From contig CBDETY010000003.1 in NCBI GenBank assembly GCA_965243025.1, positions 2,880,001 to 2,944,000 on the forward strand: 64,000 nucleotides of DNA, read 5' to 3'. Made by a program: the position numbers and the translations under genes. The notes beneath the pieces were generated by a model. It did not search any database. It saw only the letters and a list, made by a program, of their open reading frames with translations, and was not told the DNA's origin. Positions within the stretch are counted from its first letter, which is position 1. The number at the start of each line of letters is the position of its first letter. Source of the stretch: Candidatus Latescibacterota bacterium (GTDB lineage: Bacteria > Latescibacterota > UBA2968 > UBA8231). This document shows positions 28,160 through 38,404 of this stretch, piece after piece.

Positions 28160-29731
28160 TCAGTGGTCCTCCGGCGAGCGGGCCGGCTGCGATTTTCTCA
28201 GCCGTTCGAACTCCGCCATGGCCGCGGCGGCTTCTTCCGCCCGCCCCAGCTGTCCGTACACCCGGGCAAGGCCCATGTGCGCCGGCCCGTACCCGGGCTC
28301 GAGGGCAAGGGCGCGCTCGAATGCTGCCACGGCGCGCTGGGGCTCCCCGGAGAGGGCGAGTGCCCCTCCGAGGCCGGCGTGGGCCGATACCCGGGTCGAG
28401 TCGATCGCCAGCAGGCGTTCGTACGTCTCGACGGCGCGCGGAAGCTGCCCCATGCCGAGGAACACGAAGGCGAGGTTGCCGAGAGCCTCGACGTCTCCTG
28501 GAAGGATCTGCAGTCCGACTTCGAGCGCCTGCGAGGCGGCCAGCGGCCGCACCAGGTGGGAGTAGAGACTGCCGAGTTCGAGAAAGGCGGCGCCGTCTGT
28601 CTGATCGAGGGCTATGGCGACCTTCAGCCGCCGGATCTCCTCCCGGTGATCGCTGAGGTGCTCGAGGTATTCCGCCATCAGCCGCGCCTTGTCCTCCGCG
28701 CCGATGCGCCGGTACGCCCTCCCCAGAGCGGCACAGGCTTCGAGCAGGTCGGGATCCCCGAAGACCGCCCTTTCCAGCCAGGGAACGGCCTCGGCCTCGC
28801 GCCCTTCCTCGACCAGCAGGATGCCCCGCTCCGCGGCGAGGTCGATCTTCAGCGAGTCGATCTCCGTGCCGGCTTCGACTGCCGCGCCTGCGGATGCCAG
28901 GTCGCCGCCCCGGCGGTGAATCCTGGCCATGGCGGCGTGCGCCGGGAAGAAGGCGGGATTCTCCCGGGCTAGCCGGGCGGCCTGCTCCAGTGCCCCCTCG
29001 TAGTCGCCGGCCTCGCTCAGCAACTCGGCGAGCCGCAGCCGGAGCCCAATGCTCTCCGGGATATGATCGAGCCCACGACGCAGGGCGGCGACCGCCAGGG
29101 AATCCAAGCCCTGGCGCAGGTGAGTTTCGGCGAGCTCGAAGTGCACCCGGTCAGGTGACGGATCGATTGCCGCTGCCCGGTCGAACCCGGCGGCGGCCTG
29201 CTCCCAGCGCTCCAGGCGGGCGGCGACGAGGCCCTGGAGGAAATGCAGCCCGGCGGTGGGGGGCGCCGCCTCCCGGGCGTTTTCCAGTATGGCTGCGGCG
29301 TCATCGTTACGCCCCACGGCCGCGAGCGTCCGCCCCAGACCCATCCAGGAATCGGTGTGCCCCGGATCGAGGCGGATCGCCGCCCTGAACTGCTCCTCGG
29401 CGCCGCCATAGTCGCGGTCTCGGCGCAGGGCTTCCGCCAGCCAGTAGCGGGAGTCCCGGTCGCTCGAGTCCGCCCTGACGAGGGCCCGCAACCGCAGGAC
29501 GCCCCCCGGAGGCAGGTCCGGCTCGGAATCCCCCTCGCCGACGTGAATCCGCGGCACCGAGAGCGGGGCCGACATCAGGCTGCTGCGCAGGCCGGCGGCG
29601 TCGACGGAGGAGGAGGAGGCAGGGGCGGCGGGAGGCGAGTCGGGACCGTTTTCGACGCCGTCGGGCTCGGGCTGGGTCCCGCACGCGGACAGAAGTGCGA
29701 GTGCGAGAATCCTTGCTGCGATCGCGTTCAT
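28160..29731 (-). CDS. TPR-repeat lipoprotein
   Basis: Lipobox LLSAC; repeated A..LG..A...A..LDP TPR units. Confidence 0.82.
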   Translation of the reverse strand: MNAIAARILALALLSACGTQPEPDGVENGPDSPPAAPASSSSVDAAGLRSSLMSAPLSVPRIHVGEGDSEPDLPPGGVLRLRALVRADSSDRDSRYWLAEALRRDRDYGGAEEQFRAAIRLDPGHTDSWMGLGRTLAAVGRNDDAAAILENAREAAPPTAGLHFLQGLVAARLERWEQAAAGFDRAAAIDPSPDRVHFELAETHLRQGLDSLAVAALRRGLDHIPESIGLRLRLAELLSEAGDYEGALEQAARLARENPAFFPAHAAMARIHRRGGDLASAGAAVEAGTEIDSLKIDLAAERGILLVEEGREAEAVPWLERAVFGDPDLLEACAALGRAYRRIGAEDKARLMAEYLEHLSDHREEIRRLKVAIALDQTDGAAFLELGSLYSHLVRPLAASQALEVGLQILPGDVEALGNLAFVFLGMGQLPRAVETYERLLAIDSTRVSAHAGLGGALALSGEPQRAVAAFERALALEPGYGPAHMGLARVYGQLGRAEEAAAAMAEFERLRKSQPARSPEDH

Positions 29732-30335
29732 CTGGGAATCAGTCGTCGGAGGGGACTGAAAAATAAGGGAATCCACGTTGCCCGGGTAAAACCCGATGGG
29801 GGCTGCACCGGCCGCTCGTGGGGCTGCCTGGAGCCGGCGGTCACCTGATGCGATGGAGAACGACGCCAGCGATGCCTCCCTGTTCCTGCAACCTGGTCCC
29901 CGGCGTGGAATGACCGGAAGCAGTCCGCTCCCTGTGGAGAAGAGCTGCGACTGCCCACTCGGGAAACCTGCCGATTGCGTGGCAGGGTCCACGCCGACAT
30001 ACTTAGCAAGCTGTATGCGAGCGGCGGCAAGGAGGATTGCTCCACGGAGCAGTCGATTCCTGCCACATGACAACCCGGGAATTCCCTGGATCTGATCTCG
30101 TCAAACCTTCGCTGCGGTACGTCCCCATCCTGGTTTTCGAACTCACCGGGAAGCTGCCGCGGGTCTCCCCTGGGCAACCGCTCCCCGGCGGGCACCGTCG
30201 GAATAACTCCGGTGGGCTCCTGCCCCCAACCGTCCACCTCCCCGCGGGAAGGCCTGCACCGATGAAGGCGAATTCAGTGTTCAGCGACCCCGTCCCGGGG
30301 GTCGGCCTGCCCCCGGAAAGGGCTCAGGTCATTCG

Positions 30336-31097
30336 ATGAAAATCGCGGTTTTCGGCGCCGCCGGCTGGGTCGGGCGGGCAATCCTCGACAATCTTTCCCA
30401 CGGCCACCATGTGCGCGCCTGTGACCGTTCCGCCGAGGCCTGGAAGGCCGTCGCCCGGATCGACGGCGAATGGCGCGGCGAGCTCGTCCACGGGGACGTC
30501 GCCGACTACGGCAGCGTCGACCGCGCCCTGGAAGGGATGGACGCCGTCGTGCACGCCGCGGTGTACTTCTCGGGGGCGCCCGGCGCCTACGGGGTGGACG
30601 ACGACCTGCCTTTCCTGGTCAATCTCAAGGGGCTCTGGAACGTGCTCGAAGCGGCGCGCACGCGGGGGATCCGGCGGGTCGTCCACATCGGTTCCTGCCA
30701 GGTGGTGCACCCTGAAGGGGTCTTCTTCAGCTCCGAGGTGCGCCGGCCGGACGCCGGCCTCTACCCGGTGACCAAGAGGCTGCAGGAGGAGATGTGCCGC
30801 CAGTACCACGACGCCTTCGGGATGTCGATCGTCGTGCTGCGCCCCTGCTCGATCGTCGACCTGAGGAAGGGTATCAACAAGCTGGGGGAACCGCTGAAGC
30901 CGGGCTCGTGGAACGTGAGCTGGGTCTGCCGCCACGACCTGGCGCAGGCGTGCCGGCTGGCGCTCGAGAAGGAGGGGATCGGGCTCGAGGTGCTCAACAT
31001 CGCCGGGGATCCGGAAGCGGAACGGCACTGCAACGTCGACAGGGCCCGGGAGATCCTCGGCCTGGAGTTCGCAGGAAATGCCGAACCCTACCGGTGA
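30336..31097 (+). CDS. NAD-dependent epimerase/dehydratase (uronate dehydrogenase-like SDR)
   Basis: IAVFGAAGWVG, VVHAA, NLKG..NVLEAA, LYPVTK (YxxxK). Confidence 0.85.
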   Translation: MKIAVFGAAGWVGRAILDNLSHGHHVRACDRSAEAWKAVARIDGEWRGELVHGDVADYGSVDRALEGMDAVVHAAVYFSGAPGAYGVDDDLPFLVNLKGLWNVLEAARTRGIRRVVHIGSCQVVHPEGVFFSSEVRRPDAGLYPVTKRLQEEMCRQYHDAFGMSIVVLRPCSIVDLRKGINKLGEPLKPGSWNVSWVCRHDLAQACRLALEKEGIGLEVLNIAGDPEAERHCNVDRAREILGLEFAGNAEPYR

Positions 31098-34000
31098 CCC
31101 CGGCAAGGAGCGAGCCCGCCTTCGCGGGCCAATGCTGCTGGCCGGGGCGGCCATTGCCCTCGCTTTACCGGGGCCGGCAGCCGCAGCCCCTGCTGGCGCC
31201 GGCGAAACCGCGGACTTCGCCGAAATCCTCGCCACCGAGGAGGCGATTCTCTCCCTGACCCCCCGCCTGAAAAAGCTCGGAAGGGACGTGCTGAATCTGC
31301 AGCTTCCCCACCGCGCCGGGGCGGGGTTGTTCGCCGACGAGGTATCGTTCACCGACCTGGCGGTCCCGGGGCCGCCTTCCGGCGAGGAACTTGCGGGCCT
31401 GGCGGTGCGTTCGTCGGAGTGGCCGCTGGACGGCGCGGCACGCACGGCCCCCTCGTCCTCGCTGCGCTTCTGGGCTCCCCTGTTCGACCAGGTCGAGTAC
31501 TTCGAGCACGCCAGATTCCATTTCGAGCGGGGGAACTTCCTCGACGCGGGACGGCGGCGATGGGAGGCCGTCATCGCCTTCACCGGCGCCGCCCGCACCC
31601 GGAGCGGAACCCTGCTGGCGGTTGCGGCCAAGCTCGCCACCCGGTGGAAAGCCGGGCCGGACCCGGGGTCCCCGGGTGGGGCGAAGCCGGCCTGGGAGGA
31701 CTGGCGGATCGAGCGCTGGCACCTGATGAGCCTGACCACCCACGAGGCCGCCGATCCCCTCTTTTCCGATGTCCTCGACAGGGCCCTGCCGCAGGAAGTC
31801 GACCGCATGCGGGCGCGCGAGTCGATCCAGGAGCAGCTCGTCGTCGCCTGGGGCAGGGACCTGATCGCCGGCACCAACCGGTTCGAGAAACCGCACGTCC
31901 TGTTCGACATCTCCTCCCTCTACCAGAAACCGGGCGTATCGGTCGTCGACATCGACAGGGACGGGTACGACGACATCTACGTCATGCCGTCGTGGGGGAA
32001 GAACCTGCTCCTCCACAACCAGGGGGACGGAACCTTTCGGGACATCGCGGCCGAGGTCGGTCTCGATCTCGAGAACTTCTGTTCCAGCGCCGCCTTCGCC
32101 GACTTCGACAACGACGGCGACCCCGACGTCTTCATTGGCCGCACCTTCGAACGCAGTCTCTACTTCGTCAACGAGGATGGGCGTTTCTACGACCGCTCAG
32201 GAACCTTGGCCCTTGCCGCCCTCCCGAATTTCGTGACCTCGATCTCGGCAGCGGACTACAACGGGGACGGGCTGCTCGACGTCTACTTCTCCACCTACGC
32301 CCACGACGACACATGGGACCGGCTGCGGGAGGTGCTCGAGCTGATGCCGAGGAGCCAGGCGAGAGAGCTGCTGGCGCGCCGCAGGAAAGGACATCGCTTC
32401 CGCGATCACTACGGGCCGCCCAACCTGCTGCTGGTGAACCGGGGTGCCGGCCGCTTCGCCGTGGCGCTGCAGAGCAGCCAACTCGCCCTGTGGCGCAATA
32501 CCTTCCAGTCGACCTGGGCGGACTACGACGGCGACGGCGACCCCGATCTCTACGCGGCCAACGACTTCGCCCCCAACAACATGCTGCGCAACGACGGCGA
32601 CCGGTTCAGCGACGTCACCGCCGAGACCGGGACCGCCGACATCGGCTTCGGCATGGGGGTGAGCTGGGGGGACTACGACAACGACGGTCTGCAGGACCTG
32701 TACGTCTGCAACATGTACAGCAAGGCGGGCCAGCGCATCATGGGCCAGATCCCCGGGCTCGATCCGCGCATCGTCATGCTCGCCGGGGGCAACTCGCTGT
32801 TCCGCAACGAGGGCGGGCGCTTCCGCAAGGTCTCCGGCGTCGAGCCCCCCTCCCTGCTCGTCGAAAAGGTCGGCTGGGCCTGGGGAGGCCAGTTCGCCGA
32901 CTTCGACAACGACGGATTCCTCGACATCTACTCCCTGTCCGGGTACTACTCCGCTCCCCCGGAGATCGCCATTCCCGAGGCGGACTTGTGAAGCTTCTTC
33001 TGGCGCACGGTCGTGCGCACCGATGAGCAGATCGCCGCGGAGCTGGACTCGACCGGGATGGTCGAACAGCGCTGGAAAGGGGGGGCCACCTCCGGCTGGT
33101 TGGAGGAGCCGGGAGGGGAGATCTCCCTTTCGATCAGCGGGTACGAGCGCAACCGCCTCTTCCTCGGCGCCGGCGGCAGTCAGTTCCGCGACCTGTCGGG
33201 AGTTTCCGGGCTCGACGCGCTGGCCGACGGCCGCGCCTTTGCCCTGACCGACTACGACCGGGACGGCTGGCAGGATGTCGCCGCGGTCAACACCAACGCC
33301 CCGCTGCTGCAACTGTTCCGCAACGACATCGCCGATCGGGGTGGCACCGGGAACACGATCGCCCTCCGTTTCTCGGGGGGCAATCACTCACCCGGGGCCT
33401 CCGCCGGCTTCGGTCCGCGCGACGGGTACGGCGCCATGGTGACGGTATCGGTGGGGGAAACGCAGCTGCTGCGGGAGCACCGCTGCGGCGAGGGGCTGGC
33501 GGCCCAGAACAGCGCCACCATGCTGGTGGGGATCGGCCGCCGGGAGGCTGCCGACGCGGTGGAGGTGCGCTGGCCCGGAGGGGCGGTGCAGCGAACCGGC
33601 CCGGTTTCAGCAGGCACCCTTCTAACGGTCTTCGAAAACCCGTCGCACTCCCCAAATGGAGAGGCCTTCGTCCCCGAGCCGTACCTGAGACCGGCCCCCG
33701 CACCGCCGGCGGGGCCGCCCCGGAAGCAGGAGGCCGGGGAATTCAGCCTTCCTTCGCCGGCCGCGAGTTCCCGAGCCGGAGCGAAACTGCGGATGTACAC
33801 CTCGACCGCCACCTGGTGCCCCTCCTGCAAGGCGAGCCTGCCGCAGCTGCAGGCTCTGCGGGATGCCTTCACCCTCGAGGAGCTGGAGATGACCGGGGTT
33901 CCCGTCGACCCCGGCGAGGGGGAGGAGAAGCTCGACGCCTACGCCGCGAAGTACCGGCCGGCCTACCGGCTGCGCACCGACCTGAGCCCGGAGCAGGCCG

Positions 34001-34158
34001 CCTCGTTCGGCGAGACCCTGGCGCGGACCACGGGGCTCGATGCCCTGCCTTCGACGCTGATCACCGCCGCGGACGGAACCATCCTGCTGGGGATCCCGGG
34101 GGTGCCGACGATCTCGGAGATCCGCAGTCTGCTGCGCCGCGGCCGCACCGGGGGGTGA
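31078..34158 (+). CDS. CRTAC1-like FG-GAP propeller + ASPIC/UnbV + TlpA-like thioredoxin protein with in-frame TGA (predicted selenocysteine, codon 638)
   Basis: ORFs 31078-32991 and 33013-34158 share one frame separated only by TGA 32989-32991 (ADL*SFFWRTVV). DxDNDGxxD repeats continue across it. SECIS-like hairpin follows. C-terminal TATWCPSC..LPST. Confidence 0.78.
33002..33021 (+). promoter_or_regulatory. Bacterial SECIS-like hairpin
   Basis: GCGCAC-GGUC-GUGCGC; the loop starts 18 nt after UGA, begins with G and matches the GGUC loop of E. coli fdhF SECIS (GCA-GGUC-UGC). Confidence 0.72.
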
Positions 34159-34450
34159 TCACCTGCCGGCGAACGGCACGAAAGCAGGATCTCCTGTCCG
34201 GTGGGCGAGGGTGACGAATCGATATGAAAACCGCCGGATTTTCGATTCGACCGGCACCCGGACCGGTGGAGCGGACGCGGGGGAACGAAACGACTGCTGC
34301 GGGGGCGACCTTCTCCGAACTGGCACGGTGCTTCGGGAATCAGGGGCCCGGATGACCTCGACTGGTATCCGGCATCCGGAGCGGCCTCCCCTGCTGGCGG
34401 CAGGACAATTCGGCGCGTACTCTGTGCCTGAAACGGAAAGGAGGGGAACG

Positions 34451-35125
34451 GTGGCCGAAATCGTTCTCGAGCCGGAGCGGATTGAGGAGTTCAACCAGCA
34501 GGGATTCGTCGTCCTGCGCCGGCTGATCTCCGAAGAGATGGTCGAGGAGCTGCGGGCGGGGTACGACGAGGCCGTGGCCGGAGGTTACGACGTGCCCGGG
34601 TGGAAGATTGCGCCGGACCGGATCCTGCAGCTCGGAAACCCCAGCAAGAACATCCCCGGGTGGCGCGGCCACCCGTACATGCAGCGCATCGTCGGCGCCG
34701 GCAAACAGCTGCTGGGCGACGACCTCGAATACCGCTACGACCAGCTGATCTTCAAGCCTCCCCACAATCCGGTGGAGCTGCTCTGGCACCAGGACGCCGG
34801 GTACGGCTGGCGCGGCAAGGCAAACTACCGCAGCGGCACCTGCTGGCTGGCGCTGTCCGAGGTGACCACCGGCATGGGAGGCATGCAGTTCATCCCCGGC
34901 AGCCACCTCGAGGGGATCGCCGAGCACGTCGACGCCCGCCACAAGAACCCGATCAATGCCGCCCTCGAGGTAATGGTGGACGAAGGCCGGGCGGTGCAGG
35001 TCGAGTACGGCCCGGGAGACGCGACCATCCACCACGGGCGCACCCTGCACTACACCAGCGGCAACGGCACGGACAGGCCCCGGAGGGGGCTGTCGACCCA
35101 TCTCTGGCCGGAGCCGAACGAGTGA
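34451..35125 (+). CDS. Phytanoyl-CoA dioxygenase (PhyH) family protein
   Basis: FNQQGFVVLR, IFKPP, WHQD, CWLAL, FIPGSH, GDATIHHGRTLH, N...RPRR. AAGGAGG RBS. Confidence 0.9.
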   Translation: MAEIVLEPERIEEFNQQGFVVLRRLISEEMVEELRAGYDEAVAGGYDVPGWKIAPDRILQLGNPSKNIPGWRGHPYMQRIVGAGKQLLGDDLEYRYDQLIFKPPHNPVELLWHQDAGYGWRGKANYRSGTCWLALSEVTTGMGGMQFIPGSHLEGIAEHVDARHKNPINAALEVMVDEGRAVQVEYGPGDATIHHGRTLHYTSGNGTDRPRRGLSTHLWPEPNE

Positions 35126-35132
35126 GGGTCTC

Positions 35133-36635
35133 GTGGCAAACCCCTTCCCCGACATCAATTCGAGGCCGCTTGCGGAGGCGACCAGGCCGTTCCACGCCGG
35201 CTCGGTCCGCCAGCTGCTGTTCGACGATTTCCTCCTGCACATGGCGGACCGCAACCACTGGGACCAGATCGCCTGGAACGTCCGCTTCTCCAACGGCCCC
35301 GTCGAAAAGTCCGACGGCCCGGTCATGGTCAGCGACGCTCCCTTCGAGCAGTCGATGGCCTGGATTTCGGTGATGCGGGAGTCGGGCGGGTACCGAATGT
35401 GGTACAACTCCGTACAGGGCGACCGCCGCGGCATGCGGGTCAGCTACGCCGAGTCGGACGACGGCCTGACCTGGCGGCGGCCGGCTCTCAACCTGCTCGA
35501 GGTCGCCGGCTGCAGCGATCACAACATCGTCTTCGAAGGGGGCCGCGACGGCAACTCCCCGGAGATGGGCGGCGTCTTCAGGGACCCCGCGGCCGAACCG
35601 GGCGAGGAGTACAAGATGGTCTACGCCGAGTGGATCGACCGCCGGCTCTTCGACGCCGGGCAGCCCTCGAACGGGGCGATGCGGGGGGCCTGCTCCGGCG
35701 ACGGCATCCACTGGCAGCGGTACCGCGAAAACTTCACCACCTACTATCCGGATTCGCAGAACGCGGCTTCCTGGGACCCGACCCTGGGCAGGTACGTCTG
35801 CTATCACCGCAGGCTGGCGGGCTTCGGCGGCCTCGACGCCGGCTCCCTGCAGGTCGAGCCGCAGCGCCGGGGGCGCTCGGTCGTGCGCCTGGAATCGGAG
35901 GATTTCCGCACCTGGTCGAACCCGGAGCCCGCCATCGTTCCCGACCTCGAGGACGGGCTCAACACCGACATCTACAACAGCGCCTACAGCCGCCACCCGG
36001 ACAACGACAACGCCCACTACGTGTTCCCGTCGTTCTACCGCCATTTCGAAGGGACCTTCGAGGTGCAGGCGCTGACAAGCCGCGACAACCGCAACTGGGC
36101 CCGCCCCTGCCGCGACACCTTCATCCCCCTCGGAGCGCCCGGGGAGTTCGACTGCTACATCGTCTCCGTCGCCCCCGGGATCGTCCCTGTCGACGGCGAC
36201 ACCTGGGCGCTTTACTACCGCTCGGGAGACGGGCCCCACGCAGGCTGCCGGCCCGTCGAGCTCGACTACGAGCCGGAGAGCAGGGTGGGACGGGTCACTT
36301 TCGGCAGGGACCGGGTGGTCGGCATCGAGGGGAGCGCCGCGGGCGGGCAGTTCTCGCTGCGGCCCCTGGCCTTCGAGGGGAGCGGGCTGGTCGTCAACGC
36401 CGGGCCGACCGGGCCCGACCCGGAAATCCGCGTGCAGCTTGTATCCTCCGAAACCCACGATCCGCTTCCCGGGTACACGTTCGAAGACTGCGAGCCGCTG
36501 CGGAGGGACGGACTGGACCAGCGGCTGCGCTGGAACGGCAGCGCGGCAATCGGGGGAGAGGTGTCCCGGGAATCGCTGCGGCTTCACTTCCGCGTCCGCT
36601 CGATGCGGATCTACGCCTTCCAGTTCGTCGACTGA
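35133..36635 (+). CDS. Uncharacterised five-bladed beta-propeller glycoside-hydrolase-like protein
   Basis: RQLLFDDF, YRMWY, YAESDDGLTW.RP, S.DGIHW, SRD..NW (Asp-box-like), R.DR/G, LVVNA..RVQL, PGYT..DC. Confidence 0.65.
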   Translation: MANPFPDINSRPLAEATRPFHAGSVRQLLFDDFLLHMADRNHWDQIAWNVRFSNGPVEKSDGPVMVSDAPFEQSMAWISVMRESGGYRMWYNSVQGDRRGMRVSYAESDDGLTWRRPALNLLEVAGCSDHNIVFEGGRDGNSPEMGGVFRDPAAEPGEEYKMVYAEWIDRRLFDAGQPSNGAMRGACSGDGIHWQRYRENFTTYYPDSQNAASWDPTLGRYVCYHRRLAGFGGLDAGSLQVEPQRRGRSVVRLESEDFRTWSNPEPAIVPDLEDGLNTDIYNSAYSRHPDNDNAHYVFPSFYRHFEGTFEVQALTSRDNRNWARPCRDTFIPLGAPGEFDCYIVSVAPGIVPVDGDTWALYYRSGDGPHAGCRPVELDYEPESRVGRVTFGRDRVVGIEGSAAGGQFSLRPLAFEGSGLVVNAGPTGPDPEIRVQLVSSETHDPLPGYTFEDCEPLRRDGLDQRLRWNGSAAIGGEVSRESLRLHFRVRSMRIYAFQFVD

Positions 36636-36658
36636 GGATTCGCCGGATCGATATACCG

Positions 36659-38332
36659 CTACTCGGATTCGAAAGGCTCCGTGACGACCAGCACCTGATT
36701 TACCCCCACGTTTTTCAGGGTCTGGGTGATGCCACTCGGCCAGCGCAAGGTCACGCTGTCGACGAGCTCGGCCTTTCCCAGACCGAAATGCGCCCGCATG
36801 TCGTCGTGGCCAAGGTAGCTGCCGCCGCTTCTCACTTCCGCAACCTGACGCCTGCCCCCTGCGTCGATCTCGATTCTCGTTCCGACGCCGTCGCGGTTGC
36901 TGCGCGTGCCGACTGTCTCGATCAGCAGGTAGTTGTTCGAGCTGCCGCCGTCGTTGCGCAACAGGTTGGGAAAGCCGTTGAGATTGAGCACGAAGATATC
37001 GAGATCGCCGTCGTCGTCGTAATCTCCGAAGGCGGCGCCGCGGCTCACCGCTTCGATCCCCAGACCCGGGCCGGCGAGCTTCGAGACCTCGCGGAAGGTG
37101 CCGTCTCCGAGGTTCTCATACAGAAAATTCGGTTGCGCATAGCTCGCGTTGGTGTTAGGCAGGTCGGCCTCGGGATAGGTATGGCCGTTGGCGACGAAGA
37201 TATCCTTGTCGCCGTCGTTGTCGTAGTCGAAAAGGGCGGTACCCCACCCGACCTCGGGGCCACCCACAGCCGCCACTTTCGTCGAGAAGGATGCGTCGAG
37301 AAAAAACCCGGCGCCTTCATTCCGGTAGAGGGCATTGTACTGCCCCTCGAAATTGGTGACGAAGAGGTCGAGACGGCCGTCGCCGTCGTAGTCCCCCACA
37401 CCCACGCCCATGCATCCCTGCTCGGTGCCCCTGGCGCTGAATCCGAGCCCGGATCCGAGAGTTTCGTCGGAAAACGTGCCGTTCTGCCGGTTGATGAACA
37501 GCTTGTTCGGCGTCATGTCATTGGCGACGAAGACATCGGGCCAGCCGTCCTCGTTGAGGTCGACAAAGACCGCGCCGTACGAGTAGTACTTGCGGCCGGA
37601 CATGCCGACGGCGGCAGTCGCCTCGGAGAACGTGCCGTCGCCGTCATTGCGGTAGAAAACGTCAGCCTGGGGGATCATGCCGCGAGGCCCGCAGAGAGTG
37701 TCGTAGCCCTTCCAGTTGCACGGCAGCGTCGACTCGTAATCCAGTGAGAACTCGATGTAGTTGGCGACGTAGGTGTCGAGGTCGCCGTCGAGGTCGTAGT
37801 CGCCGAAGGTCACTCCGGTTCCGTACCCCCCGTCTCCCACTCCAGCCCGTTCGGTAACGTCTTTGAAGGAGGCGTTGCCCGGATTCCTGTAGAGTGTGTT
37901 GCGGCCGAAATTCGCGACGTACAGATCGAGGTGGCCGTCGTTGTCGTAGTCGGCGGCGGAGCACCCCAGGCTCCAGCTCGTATCGCCGACACCGGCGGCG
38001 GCGGTGACGTCGTCGAAGAGGCCGCCCCGATTGCGGTAGAGGTGGTTGAATGGCCTCTCTCCGGCGGGAAAGCCATGAAAGCTCGAACCGTTCACGACGT
38101 AGAGATCGATATCGCCGTCGTCGTCGTAGTCGAAGAACGCCGTCCCGCCGATCGAAGTTTCGACGATAAAAGCCTGGTCCCTGCCTGAAACGTTGCGATC
38201 GGACCCCAGTCCGATCGCTTCGGCAACATCGACGAACTCGACCGGAAAGGAGACAGAAGGACCGGCGACACCCGGCGAAAGAATACAGATCACAAGGGCG
38301 CCGGCGATTGAAGCAACTAATGCAATGGCCAT
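36659..38332 (-). CDS. CRTAC1 family protein (FG-GAP repeats + ASPIC/UnbV)
   Basis: Multiple DYDNDGxxD repeats; SNRDGVGTRI, EVRSGGSYLG, AHFGLG, VTLRWPSG. Start codon uncertain. Confidence 0.9.
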   Translation of the reverse strand: MAIALVASIAGALVICILSPGVAGPSVSFPVEFVDVAEAIGLGSDRNVSGRDQAFIVETSIGGTAFFDYDDDGDIDLYVVNGSSFHGFPAGERPFNHLYRNRGGLFDDVTAAAGVGDTSWSLGCSAADYDNDGHLDLYVANFGRNTLYRNPGNASFKDVTERAGVGDGGYGTGVTFGDYDLDGDLDTYVANYIEFSLDYESTLPCNWKGYDTLCGPRGMIPQADVFYRNDGDGTFSEATAAVGMSGRKYYSYGAVFVDLNEDGWPDVFVANDMTPNKLFINRQNGTFSDETLGSGLGFSARGTEQGCMGVGVGDYDGDGRLDLFVTNFEGQYNALYRNEGAGFFLDASFSTKVAAVGGPEVGWGTALFDYDNDGDKDIFVANGHTYPEADLPNTNASYAQPNFLYENLGDGTFREVSKLAGPGLGIEAVSRGAAFGDYDDDGDLDIFVLNLNGFPNLLRNDGGSSNNYLLIETVGTRSNRDGVGTRIEIDAGGRRQVAEVRSGGSYLGHDDMRAHFGLGKAELVDSVTLRWPSGITQTLKNVGVNQVLVVTEPFESE

Positions 38333-38404
38333 GGAGATTCGGTGGATTTTGGGGGAGGCGATCCGGTTGAAACCAGCGACGGCATCGGCTAATGTACGAA
38401 CCTT

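Noticed and set aside
30240-30332. Glycine-riboswitch-like words (GGGAAGG..CACCGATGAAGG..CTCAGG) upstream of the SDR gene
   Set aside because: The GGAGA and CCGAAG cores are not intact and the downstream gene is unrelated to glycine.
34320-34338. Sigma54-like TGGCACG upstream of the PhyH gene
   Set aside because: The -12 element is TTCG rather than TTGC.
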